From: Candidatus Moanibacter sp.
Lineage (GTDB): Bacteria; Verrucomicrobiota; Verrucomicrobiia; Opitutales; UBA2987
Reading direction: 5' to 3'
Assembly (NCBI GenBank): GCA_965215885.1
Contig: CBDCEW010000035.1
Span: 1 to 18,515, forward strand
DNA: 18,515 nt
Shown here: one piece after another, positions 1-8,344 of the stretch
Layout: each line of letters starts with the position of its first letter
Position numbering within the stretch: the first letter of the stretch is position 1
Made by a program: the position numbers and the translations under genes
The notes under the pieces: generated by a model
The model's input: the letters and a program-made list of their open reading frames with translations, nothing else
What the model was told of the DNA's origin: nothing
Databases searched by the model: none

Positions 1-265
1 CCGAACTCGACGAAGACGAGGTCCCCATCCGGATCGAGAAAGGAGACGCGCGTCAGTTCGCGGATGTAGCCTGGTAAGAGGCAACTTCGGAGGTCTGCTC
101 GAATCCGTTATAGGTATTGCCCATGAACGGAGTAGCGTGATCGACCAGATCCGCATCGCCGAGAACGAGCAAATCGGCGGCGTGTCCGAGCAGTTGGCGT
201 TGTTCGAGTGTTTCGATCTTCATCGTTGAAGTCCGGAGTTTGCTAAGTTTTTTATTCTTTCTCAT
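1..265 (-). CDS. 5' end of a LEPR-XLL / planctomycete-extracellular-motif secreted protein; apparent 1-nt frameshift near 58-62; runs off the left edge
   Basis: ATG at 265 gives a basic N-terminus MRKNKKLSKLRTSTMK followed by IETLEQRQLL (LExRxLL motif). The frame stops at 53-55, but a shifted frame continues ELTRVSFLDPDGDLVFVEFG to the edge, resembling the DxDGDxVxV segment I recall from PVC surface proteins. Confidence 0.7.
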
Positions 266-645
266 AGGGAACAGATTTAGTTGAGGATATATTACTTTAG
301 GCACTGATTCCAAAGTGAATCATGAAATTTTGAGAGTGACAGATAACACCGAATTCTCATCGTAGTCGAGTCGAATTCAGTTGTAAGAGTGTGATTATTA
401 AGAACTTGTACGTTTTCCCAAGATTGGAATCGGTTGATTATAGTTCAAACAATGGGATGCTTTTCTCACTTAAATAGAACCTCTGTCAACAAAAAATTTT
501 GCCTCGTCTGCAGAATCTGTGGGTCGACTTTAGACATTCGTATCGTAATTCATTGTAAGGTAGAGACTTAACGGAAAATTCCTTGCACGCAGTGCAGTAG
601 ACCCAAAAATGATTTCAAAAGTGTTTTACCTAGGCTGTAGTTGTT

Positions 646-684
646 CAGGCGTAATCGTAGTTGATGGTCACGCTAAACACTTAC
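646..684 (+). repeat. Copy A of an imperfect 35-39 bp direct repeat (copy B at 2758-2792)
   Basis: CAGGCGTAATCGTAGTTGATGGTCACGCTAAACACTTAC vs CAGGCGTTTTCGTAGTTGATGG----GCTAAACACTTAC: 2 substitutions and one 4-nt indel. Confidence 0.85.
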
Positions 685-767
685 TAGACCTTATCCGAAA
701 AGCTACTGATTGGCCGCAAAGAGGCGCAAAAGGCGCAAGAAAAACTTGAGAAAAATCATTTTTTGGC

Positions 768-797
768 TTGATAAAAAGTGTCGCAACATGCTAGTGT
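768..797 (+). promoter_or_regulatory. Possible sigma70-type transposase promoter
   Basis: TTGATA (768-773), 18-nt spacer, TG-n-TAGTGT (792-797), upstream of an AAGGAG RBS and ATG 830. Confidence 0.3.
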
Positions 798-829
798 TTA
801 ACAACTTAAGATTAAGAAAGGAGTTAAAC

Positions 830-2380
830 ATGCCAACATGTGCGACAGAGGAGAACAAAAGCGATAAGACGCCCCTTAGCAACCTCATTCTGCCGGTTCC
901 AGACACGGATTTCCGTGATTTTCTGGATGAAGTTGAAGAATTGGCCGGGTTCGCGGCGCAAATCATCGAGGCGATCGAGAAGGATCTGGACGCCCATGCG
1001 CGTGAGAAGAAGAAACTTCGATTGGAAGATCGCAGGTTCTTTGAAGGGCGCACAGCGGAGCTGCCGGAGCTGGACATCGAGGAGGAGAATATTCTGGCTG
1101 CTGAATTGAATCTTGGGGCAGGCCGGCCGCGGATGCCGGCTTATGCGGTATACGTGTTCGTGATGATTCGAGGGTTTCTGGGTTCGTTGACCACGAAACC
1201 GGCACGGCGGTTTGTGCGCGAGTCGATGAGCTTGTACGGATTTTTGCAGAGCGGGGGACTGAGAATGCCGGCGGTGACGACGATTCTGGAGAACGTGAAC
1301 CTGGTCAGCCATACGACCCGCGAGTTGATCTTTGATAAACAGATTGGGTTTATCCTCCAGGAGCAATGGGACGATTTCGGGAAGCTGACGATCGACAGCA
1401 CCTCGGTGAAAGCAAACAGCTGCTGGCCCACCGATGGGAAGATTCTGAGCGGTCTTTTGATGCGGGCCAATCGTTTGGGTCAGAAGTTGCATGTCTTCGG
1501 GCTGGAGGATTTTCGCAAGGGATGGGTTGGGCGTTGGCTGGAGGAAATGGACAAGCTGGAGTTTCAGATTTGTCTGGCCGCGGGCAAACCGAAGTCGAAG
1601 GGCAAGCTGAAGAAACACTACCGGCGGTTGCTCAAGCGGGGCCGCAAGGCGGCCGACTCACTAACGGGGGAACTGAGCCATCTTGAAGAGGGCCTGTCGA
1701 TGGATTCACTGCCTCCCACTCGCCGGGAGCTTCTGGAGCGGGCATTGAGCCAGATCAGGGGCGATATTGCCGACGCCAAGCGGGTTGTTGAGTATGCTCA
1801 TGATCGGGTGTTTCACGAAAAGAAGCTACCGTCCACACAGAAGGTCCTGAGCCTCTCGGACGGATCGGCGGCCTACATCAAGAAGGGCAGCCGCAATCCA
1901 GTGATCGGGTACAAGCCACAACTGGTTCGCAGCGAAAACGGTTTTGTCACCAGCCTGATCGTACCGCAAGGCAACGCGGCAGACTCCATTGAGCTGGCGC
2001 CGGCCATCGGCGATTCGATCAAGCGCACCGGTGTCATTGCTGAACTGGTCAGCACCGATGACGGATATGCTTCGGCGAAGGGACGCAAGGAGGTGCTGAG
2101 CATGGGGGTAAAGCAGATCAGTATCAGTGGGGCGAAGGGCAAGAAGTTGACCACCCCCGAGGACTGGGAGAGCGAGGCGTATCGCGAGGCACGCCGCGAT
2201 CGCTCCGCAGTGGAGTCGCTGATGTTCACGATTAAAGATGGATTTGCCTTTGGCGAACTCGGCCGCCGCGGCATCGATGCGGTAGGCGATGAACTGCTCG
2301 AGAAGGTTCTGGCCTACAACTTCTGCCGCATCATACTGATGAAGAAACGCCGAGGGGAGGAACTGGAACAGGCAGCCTGA
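830..2380 (+). CDS. DDE transposase (IS5/ISNCY-like), 516 aa from the RBS-supported start
   Basis: Motifs TIDSTSVKANSCWPTD, KVLSLSD, GYKPQL, STDDGYAS, RSAVESLMFTIK. RBS AAGGAG at 818-823 favours ATG 830 over TTG 710. Confidence 0.9.
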   Translation: MPTCATEENKSDKTPLSNLILPVPDTDFRDFLDEVEELAGFAAQIIEAIEKDLDAHAREKKKLRLEDRRFFEGRTAELPELDIEEENILAAELNLGAGRPRMPAYAVYVFVMIRGFLGSLTTKPARRFVRESMSLYGFLQSGGLRMPAVTTILENVNLVSHTTRELIFDKQIGFILQEQWDDFGKLTIDSTSVKANSCWPTDGKILSGLLMRANRLGQKLHVFGLEDFRKGWVGRWLEEMDKLEFQICLAAGKPKSKGKLKKHYRRLLKRGRKAADSLTGELSHLEEGLSMDSLPPTRRELLERALSQIRGDIADAKRVVEYAHDRVFHEKKLPSTQKVLSLSDGSAAYIKKGSRNPVIGYKPQLVRSENGFVTSLIVPQGNAADSIELAPAIGDSIKRTGVIAELVSTDDGYASAKGRKEVLSMGVKQISISGAKGKKLTTPEDWESEAYREARRDRSAVESLMFTIKDGFAFGELGRRGIDAVGDELLEKVLAYNFCRIILMKKRRGEELEQAA

Positions 2381-2757
2381 ATCTGACCGCTTTGAAGCTC
2401 AGAGAAAAAAGCACCACGGGATGAGTATGCCTCCAGACAGCGGCAAATATACGTATTGTGCAGCAAGCCACGCCGATGGCCGCTCAATACCTGCTCATCG
2501 GCAGCGCCGGCAGCCTAAAACCCGAAACCTGCCAGCCATAGGCTGGTCCGCCCGTGGCGGAGAACCTTAAACCGCCCGCTCGAAAGGCTTTTCGAATGGG
2601 GTCTACCTAGAAGCGATAGCTGTACGCATTAACGGGCTCCGTCAAGTCGGAATATGAGAGTTTCTTCTTCGCGAAGATTTGTTTGAAAAAAGGGACCACC
2701 GACGACGGACCACGGCAACGGCAAGCCGAGCGACAGGAATGGGTTAATTCTCCGTCG

Positions 2758-2792
2758 CAGGCGTTTTCGTAGTTGATGGGCTAAACACTTAC
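2758..2792 (+). repeat. Copy B of the imperfect direct repeat (copy A at 646-684)
   Basis: Aligns to 646-684; lies 80 bp upstream of the wzt start. Confidence 0.85.
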
Positions 2793-2872
2793 CAGGGCAA
2801 TGCAGATACGGAACCACTGGTTAATGATTGCCAGAGATAATCTTTGGAGTAGCATCGGCGGGAGATTTCGAA

Positions 2873-4346
2873 ATGGCTGCTTCGACACAAATCGGTGAAC
2901 ACCTTCAGGCCACTGTGGACAAACCCTCTATGGTCGCCGACTCCTCCGATGTGTCTGAGGATAGAGCAGGCCGGTCGAACGAGCGAGTTCCCGAAACGGT
3001 TCTAAAGGCGGAAGGGCTATCGAAGCGCTACACATTGTGGAGTGAACCGATTGACCGGCTGAGGGCGCCGATTGTGCGCCGGGTTTCCAGGATGCCGCTA
3101 TTTCCCCGGGGTGTCTCCCGATGGCTGGCAGGGAGGGCGGACAGGATGGCCCGCGAATTTGCTGCCCTGCATGAAGTAAGCTTTGAAGTGAAGCGAGGCG
3201 AGAGCTTGGGGATCATCGGCCGGAACGGGGCGGGAAAGAGCACCCTCTTACAGATCCTGGCGGGGACCTTGCAGCCTACCACGGGCCGGGTCTATGCGAA
3301 AGGGCGGGTGGCGGCGCTTCTCGAATTGGGCTCCGCTTTCCAACGGCGAGTTTACAGGCCGCGAGAATGTCTACCTTCAGGCGGCCCTGGCGGGATTCGC
3401 GAAGCGGGAGGTCGATGAACGATTCGACGAAGTGGCCGCCTTTGCCAACATCGGTGAATTTGTCGAGCAACCGGTCAAGGTGTATTCAACCGGCATGATG
3501 TTGCGTCTCGCCTTTGCCACCCAGACCATCCTCGAGCCAGACATCTTCATTGTCGATGAGGCGCTGGCGGTAGGGGATGTGTTTTTCATTTCCAAGTGCA
3601 CCCGCTTTTTTGAACGGCGCCTGGAGGAGGGCATGTCGCTCATCCTGGTGAGTCACGACATACTCGCGATTAAGGCGCTCTGTCAAAGCGCGCTCGTTCT
3701 GGATGAGGGCAAACAGGTCTTTTTGGGTGATTGCAATCGGGCAGAGAGCATATTCCACGAGATTTACGAGGATGCGCAAAAAAGGAAGATGGAAGGGATT
3801 TCAACCAGCCGATCGGAAAGACCGCCAGCGGAGTTGAGGGAACTTGGGGGCGTCTCGTTACCGCCCAATGCGTTATTGAGGAACTGGCCCGCGGAAAACG
3901 AAATCGGGAGTCGCGAGGCGGAGATTATTCACTGTCATATTACAGATGAGGAGGGAAATCCCCGCCTTTCCTATTTTCAGGGTGAGACGGTAGGAGTCGA
4001 TATCTACGTGGAGGCCAGGGAGGTCGTGAAAGATTGCCATTTCAGCATCCAGGTGAGCGATTCCTACAATAATGTGATCTACGGGGTGAGCACGATCAAC
4101 TTGAAACAGAATGCGCAAACCCTGAAACCCGGAGAAATCAGAAGGTGGCGAGTTCGGATTGAAGGGGTGGGACTTGGTAAGTACTTAATCGACGCGCTTA
4201 TTTTCCTGGGCGATCGCGGTGACGGGTGCCCGGTCCATCATGTGCATCGAATTGGGGGGATCGCGGCGATTACAGTGGGGCAGAGAGGCTTGCGGCCCAA
4301 GTTTGTCGGGCTGGCGGATCTTAAGGCCAAGGTCGAATTCGAATGA
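2873..4346 (+). CDS. wzt: Polysaccharide ABC exporter ATP-binding protein with C-terminal Wzt_C-like domain; +1 frameshift at about 3341
   Basis: Walker A GRNGAGKSTLL lies in ORF 2828-3418. Signature YSTGMMLRLAFA, Walker B IFIVDEALAVGD and H-loop VSHD lie in ORF 3294-4346. Removing one C at 3340/3341 restores ELGSAFNGEFTGRENVYL. GGGAGA RBS precedes ATG 2873. Confidence 0.88.
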
Positions 4347-4374
4347 TTGTCGAATTTGCAATTTCTGATATTTC

Positions 4375-4441
4375 GCAACGAATGAATGAAGGGCAACGAA
4401 TGGGATGTGAGAAAAAGGAGGGGAAATTAGTTGCCCTTCAT
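4375..4441. repeat. GCAACGAATG repeat doublet with 12-bp inverted repeat (possible terminator or processing stem after wzt)
   Basis: GCAACGAATG at 4375 and 4393. ATGAAGGGCAAC (4386-4397) pairs with GTTGCCCTTCAT (4430-4441). Confidence 0.7.
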
Positions 4442-5145
4442 GTTCCACCCTGGGGCTGAAAGCCGCTTGACTTGGGTGCGTATTCGCCAGCAGCGTCATT
4501 GCAATATTCAGTACCTCGGTAGCGCGGAGCGCTTAACCATGTATAAATTCTGATGTCTCAGACCGCATCCGGTGAAGTAAAGAAAACCCCGCCGTATCTG
4601 GATCAAATACGAGAGATCTTCCCGGATTACCCTGTCAAGTCGCTTCACTATATAAAAGAGGGGTTAGCCAATGATACGGTAGTGGTCAATTGGGAATGGG
4701 TCTGCCGCTTTCCGAAGGATAAACAGTGGTCGCGGGATTCTTTTCGGCGCGAAGTAAAAGTCCTGGAGCTTGTGGAAAAGCGGGTGGATATCCCGACGCC
4801 GAAATTGGAGAAGAGAGGCACGGACTATTTCGTCTATCGATATATCAGCGCCGAACCCCTTCTACAACATCGCCTGAAGCGGTTTACGGAAGACGAACAG
4901 AATCGAATTGCGGAACAGTTCGCGATTATTCTGCGGCGGTATCAACAGATTTCGATGGATGACTTGAAGTCACACGGAATTCGAAATTCGCCAGTCAACC
5001 GGACGCACGATGATTGGCTGCAACTTTACAGCCGGATCGAAAGGAATCTGCTTCCAACGATGACGGCGCGCAACCGGGAGTGGTTTAAAGAGCACTTCGC
5101 ACCGATGCTCGGGGACAAACAGTGGATGGATTACGAACCCAAGCT

Positions 5146-7519
5146 CAGACCTCACTATATTGCCCCTCTAAAGGCACTATGCAATCGCAAGTTTAAATCC
5201 CGATTTTTTGCCCAGTCGGAAGATGATTCTTCGGCCTGAACCGTCGGGCATCAGTAAGGGCTTCTGATTGAGAGTTTGCAGATACTCAAGCACCACCGCC
5301 TGCACCCGAGGGGGATAAGTTGCGGTGGGGAATAAATGCGCTTCGACCGCACAGCCCCTCTCTATAAGAACGCCGTCACTGTGAGTCAAATTGCGAAACA
5401 GATCGTGGTCGTCACGATAGTTGTTGTAGCGAGCTTTAAAGGGTTCGAGCTGCTTGTAGAAGCTGTTACGGGCGAAGATTTTCAAGGCATCCATGAGGGA
5501 CTTGTTAGCGGTGTCCAGGCGGACATAGTTTTCATCAATGAGGCGCTGCAGCCTCGAGCATTCGGTGTCGATTTGCTCCAGTTCGAGTTGGAGGGCTTTG
5601 AGGGCCTGATCGAGTCGACGGATCTTTTCGCCCCTTGAGGCGCTTTTGCCCGGGTGGGCATGCTCGGCCAGGAGCAGTCTTTTCAATTCTTCGGTGCATT
5701 GCTGTTTTTGCTTCAGGAGGGCTTTGGCGGCACCGCTTTTCTCCTGCTTGTCCTCAAGGTGTTGGGCTAATCGCTTGTAGTGGACGGTGCGATAAGAGGT
5801 GATCTGATTAATCCCAAAGTGCTTATCGAGGTATTTGAAGTCATTCTCCTGAATCCAGCGACTGAACATCCCTTTGATTACCTCTTCATTTCGGGCCTGC
5901 TGATCGGTCGCCAGGATGCTCACGGTAATGGTTCGATTTTTTGGATTGGTCGCCTCCACGATCCACTGCACCAGTTGAGGATTTTTCTTCCAGGGGCCCC
6001 GCTGATAGCGAAGATGATACTCCTGGAGATCTTCGGCATGGTTGCGCGCGCGCTGCAGGCGCAACTGCCCGTCGATCCGTTGGAGGGGCTGGGCGCTGGC
6101 CTTGTAACCTTTTTCCCAGGTAATGATTTCGAGTTGAGGGTGCTCCACGATGGCTTCGTAAAACCACTCCGCGGCGATCGCCCGGTCCACGTAAATGCTC
6201 ACCTTCTTATCAGCCGGCAACTGCACCAGCTCGAGCATCGCTTCGCAGTTGGGGATAAACCGTTCCCTTATATCCTCATAGTTGTCAGTGCTCGCAAAAT
6301 AGACCGGATAGCCCTTGAGGGTATGAATAAAATCGCTGTGGAGCGCTTTGTCGGCCAGACGGATACCCGGACACCATCCCGCCAGCACCTTGCTCATTCC
6401 GGTGTAATGTTTGGTGTGCGGATCATAATAAAAGCTCTCTTCATCCGAAGCATTCAGGCCCCTCGCGTTCACTCTGAGGATCTCTCTTAAAAGCCCTTCA
6501 TCGGCCAGGGCGCTAAGGCTTTGGCGTTGCAGATAGGGGGTATACAGGACTCGCCCGATGAGTTTTTGCAGGTCTTCGAGATCGAGCAGTTTGCTCTGCT
6601 CGATATTGACCGCGGCCAACAACCCGCAAGCCACCCATTGTTTCAAAAGCCAGCCCTCTTCGCGATCAATCTGAGCGACTTCTCTGAGCGCGGCACTGAA
6701 CAGAAGTACTCCCAGGTGCCGATACCATTGCACCGCTTCGGAGCTCTCCCTCGAAAAATCGGGAGACCCCTTGCGATTGTCCCCTTCGCTTTCGGGGCTA
6801 TTTTCTGCTTCTTGCTCCTGTTCGTCCCTCCCCGAGTCCTCCGGGCAATCCCAGGGAGTCTCCCGATTTTGCGCCCTCTCGGCTTCGGCCTCCTTTGCCC
6901 GGGCCTCTTTAAGCTCCTTAAAGACAGGGCGCAAAGTTTCCCCACTGAGGTTAACTCCGAACACCTCCTCGATCTCCCCCCGTATCTTCTTGCTGTAGCC
7001 ATACCGACTCTCCCCATAGATCTGCCCGAAGCGCACCCGCACAAAACTCCGGATTTCCCTCGTCAATTTGCGATGAGCGCTGCGTCCCGCCAGCACTCGC
7101 GCTAAGGTCTCGGCATCTCCGCTTTGAAGCGCCTCCCCCCACCGCTTCATCGTTTTGGGGTCAACCTCAAATTGCTTCTCTAAGCGCCCTTTCTTCAACC
7201 CCGCATTGTAGAGGCGCCCCTCCAATAGCTTGAATTCAACTTGCTCCCGATCGTCCTCTACGACTTCAAAAAGCTCATGCCCGTAATAGACGTGCAGTTT
7301 GCCTTCCCTCAGATCCCGATAGACCGTGATCGAGGGATTACCCTTGTCCACTCCAAGGATGCACTGTAAGAAGGTCTCTTCTTTGACGGTAGGTTTCTCC
7401 ATTTTTCTTCGAATTTGATGGTTCGAAGATGAAGCCTACCGTTTTCTTTAGCTCTTAAAAGCCGGGAATTGTATCTGCGATTGCCCCCTGCCCGCCAACC
7501 CGCATGATAGCGAGTTCTG
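5146..7519 (-). mobile_element. Insertion sequence, 2374 bp, family not assigned, 5-bp target duplication
   Basis: AAGCT at 5141-5145 and 7520-7524. Terminal inverted repeats CAGACCTCACTATATTGC and CAGAACTCGCTATCATGC match at 14/18. Excision restores the kinase frame. Confidence 0.95.
5177..7402 (-). CDS. Large putative DDE transposase, 741 aa
   Basis: Fills the element. HTH-like N-terminal region (RLEKQFEVDPKTMKRW), candidate catalytic triad YYDPH / YVDRA / RWIQENDFK, C-terminal coiled coil. Confidence 0.85.
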   Translation of the reverse strand: MEKPTVKEETFLQCILGVDKGNPSITVYRDLREGKLHVYYGHELFEVVEDDREQVEFKLLEGRLYNAGLKKGRLEKQFEVDPKTMKRWGEALQSGDAETLARVLAGRSAHRKLTREIRSFVRVRFGQIYGESRYGYSKKIRGEIEEVFGVNLSGETLRPVFKELKEARAKEAEAERAQNRETPWDCPEDSGRDEQEQEAENSPESEGDNRKGSPDFSRESSEAVQWYRHLGVLLFSAALREVAQIDREEGWLLKQWVACGLLAAVNIEQSKLLDLEDLQKLIGRVLYTPYLQRQSLSALADEGLLREILRVNARGLNASDEESFYYDPHTKHYTGMSKVLAGWCPGIRLADKALHSDFIHTLKGYPVYFASTDNYEDIRERFIPNCEAMLELVQLPADKKVSIYVDRAIAAEWFYEAIVEHPQLEIITWEKGYKASAQPLQRIDGQLRLQRARNHAEDLQEYHLRYQRGPWKKNPQLVQWIVEATNPKNRTITVSILATDQQARNEEVIKGMFSRWIQENDFKYLDKHFGINQITSYRTVHYKRLAQHLEDKQEKSGAAKALLKQKQQCTEELKRLLLAEHAHPGKSASRGEKIRRLDQALKALQLELEQIDTECSRLQRLIDENYVRLDTANKSLMDALKIFARNSFYKQLEPFKARYNNYRDDHDLFRNLTHSDGVLIERGCAVEAHLFPTATYPPRVQAVVLEYLQTLNQKPLLMPDGSGRRIIFRLGKKSGFKLAIA

Positions 7520-7864
7520 AAGCTGGTTAACGGCGACCTTGGGCCCTACCACGTGCTCTTTAAAGAGAAGGAGAATAGGATCGTCGGTTGGATGGATTTC
7601 GGCACCGCGGGGATCGGCGATCCCGCAGGAGACTTTGCCTGTATTATCTATAATTATGGCGAATCGTTTCTAAAGCGGATGGCGCGTTTCTATCCCGAGA
7701 TCGAAGAAGCGCTGGACCGGGCGCGATTCTGGGCCGGCACGCTCGAGCTGGAATGGATACTCGGAGGTGCTCAGGCCAAGAGGCTTCCCTATTTTCTTAC
7801 CCATATCGGCTCAGCCAAAGATGCCAAACCGATGGGTTGTCCGTTTTACGTTTGGTATGGAGTA

Positions 7865-7959
7865 GCAACGAATGGGGATGAGGGAGCAGAGAGTTTAGCA
7901 ACGAATGAATGGAGGGCAACGAATGAAGAGTGAGTGGGACGAGGGTTTGGCAACGAATG
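7865..7959 (+). repeat. Cluster of four GCAACGAATG repeats
   Basis: Copies start at 7865, 7898, 7916 and 7950. Segment 7898-7925 matches 4375-4402 at 27/28 nt. Confidence 0.85.
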
Positions 7960-7995
7960 CGGAAAGCAGGAAATTGACTATACTTATAGACCGAT

Positions 7996-8160
7996 GTAGG
8001 AGTCGACTTCGCCTCCCTGCCGTAAGGAAGGGAATGAAACGCGAAGAAGAGCGTTTCCAAGAGCGCGTCCTCACTATGAGGCAAAGAATAGCGCTTTTGG
8101 GAATGCTCTTCTTCGCGTTTATGCACTCGCGTGAGCGAGTTGGCGAATTCGACCTCCTGC
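7996..8160 (+). other. Highly structured four-way-junction element (REPIN/MITE-like or ncRNA)
   Basis: P1 7996-8013/8142-8160; P2 8014-8033 with GTAA loop; P3 30-bp stem 8037-8066/8091-8120; P4 8125-8140 with GTGA loop. Begins with GTAG. Confidence 0.75.
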
Positions 8161-8253
8161 GACTGAGGGATCTATGTCCTCTCTCTATCCGTGCCATCTG
8201 TGGAATCCGTGGTCTCGCTTATCCGGATCGACTTCCCTTCGAACGATATTTCC

Positions 8254-8287
8254 GGGTCCTCCCGGTCCCGGCTTGCCGGGAGGACCC
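8254..8287. repeat. GC-rich 12-bp perfect hairpin
   Basis: GGGTCCTCCCGG (8254-8265) / CCGGGAGGACCC (8276-8287), with an alternative TCCCGG-CTTG-CCGGGA fold. Confidence 0.75.
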
Positions 8288-8344
8288 CGAGGTTTCGATT
8301 TCTCTTCTCCGTTTCCCTCTGTTTCCTTCTGTTCGCTCAATCGT

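Larger units (their letters stand above)
687..2603 (+). mobile_element. Insertion sequence, IS5/ISNCY-like, about 1917 bp
   Basis: Terminal inverted repeats GACCTTATCCGAAAAGC (687-703) and reverse complement of 2587-2603 GACCCCATTCGAAAAGC match at 14/17. TA flanks both sides (685-686, 2604-2605). Single DDE transposase inside. Confidence 0.88.
4553..7933 (+). pseudogene. APH/choline-kinase-fold phosphotransferase copy 1, interrupted by an IS at codon 197-198
   Basis: The 5' part (4553-5145) ends MDYEPKL. The 3' part resumes in frame at 7520 as KLVNGDLGPYHVLF...WMDFG. The spliced product (333 aa) aligns end to end with the 8345-9262 paralogue. Confidence 0.93.

Noticed and set aside
461..489. 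Minus-strand promoter from TTGACA at 484-489
   Set aside because: The -35 is perfect but there is no convincing -10 at 16-18 nt spacing.
710..829. Basic N-terminal extension of the first transposase (MAAKRRKRRKK...)
   Set aside because: It derives from CGCAAA-type short repeats near the IS end; the strong RBS supports ATG 830.
3330..3350. Programmed ribosomal frameshift in wzt
   Set aside because: There is no slippery heptamer or long homopolymer; a simple indel explains it.
2873..4346. Wzt as the missing ATPase of the TolC/MFP system
   Set aside because: Its motifs and C-terminal domain are those of Wzm-partnered glycan exporters. It has no TM domain and nothing in the sequence links it to the MFPs.
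5146..5239. C-terminus RPHYIAP...DDSSA of ORF 4553-5239 as real protein
   Set aside because: It is read-through into the IS end; the true continuation is at 7520.
7865..7959. CRISPR array from the GCAACGAATG repeats
   Set aside because: Repeats are only 10 bp with irregular spacing (33, 18, 34 nt), and there are no cas genes.
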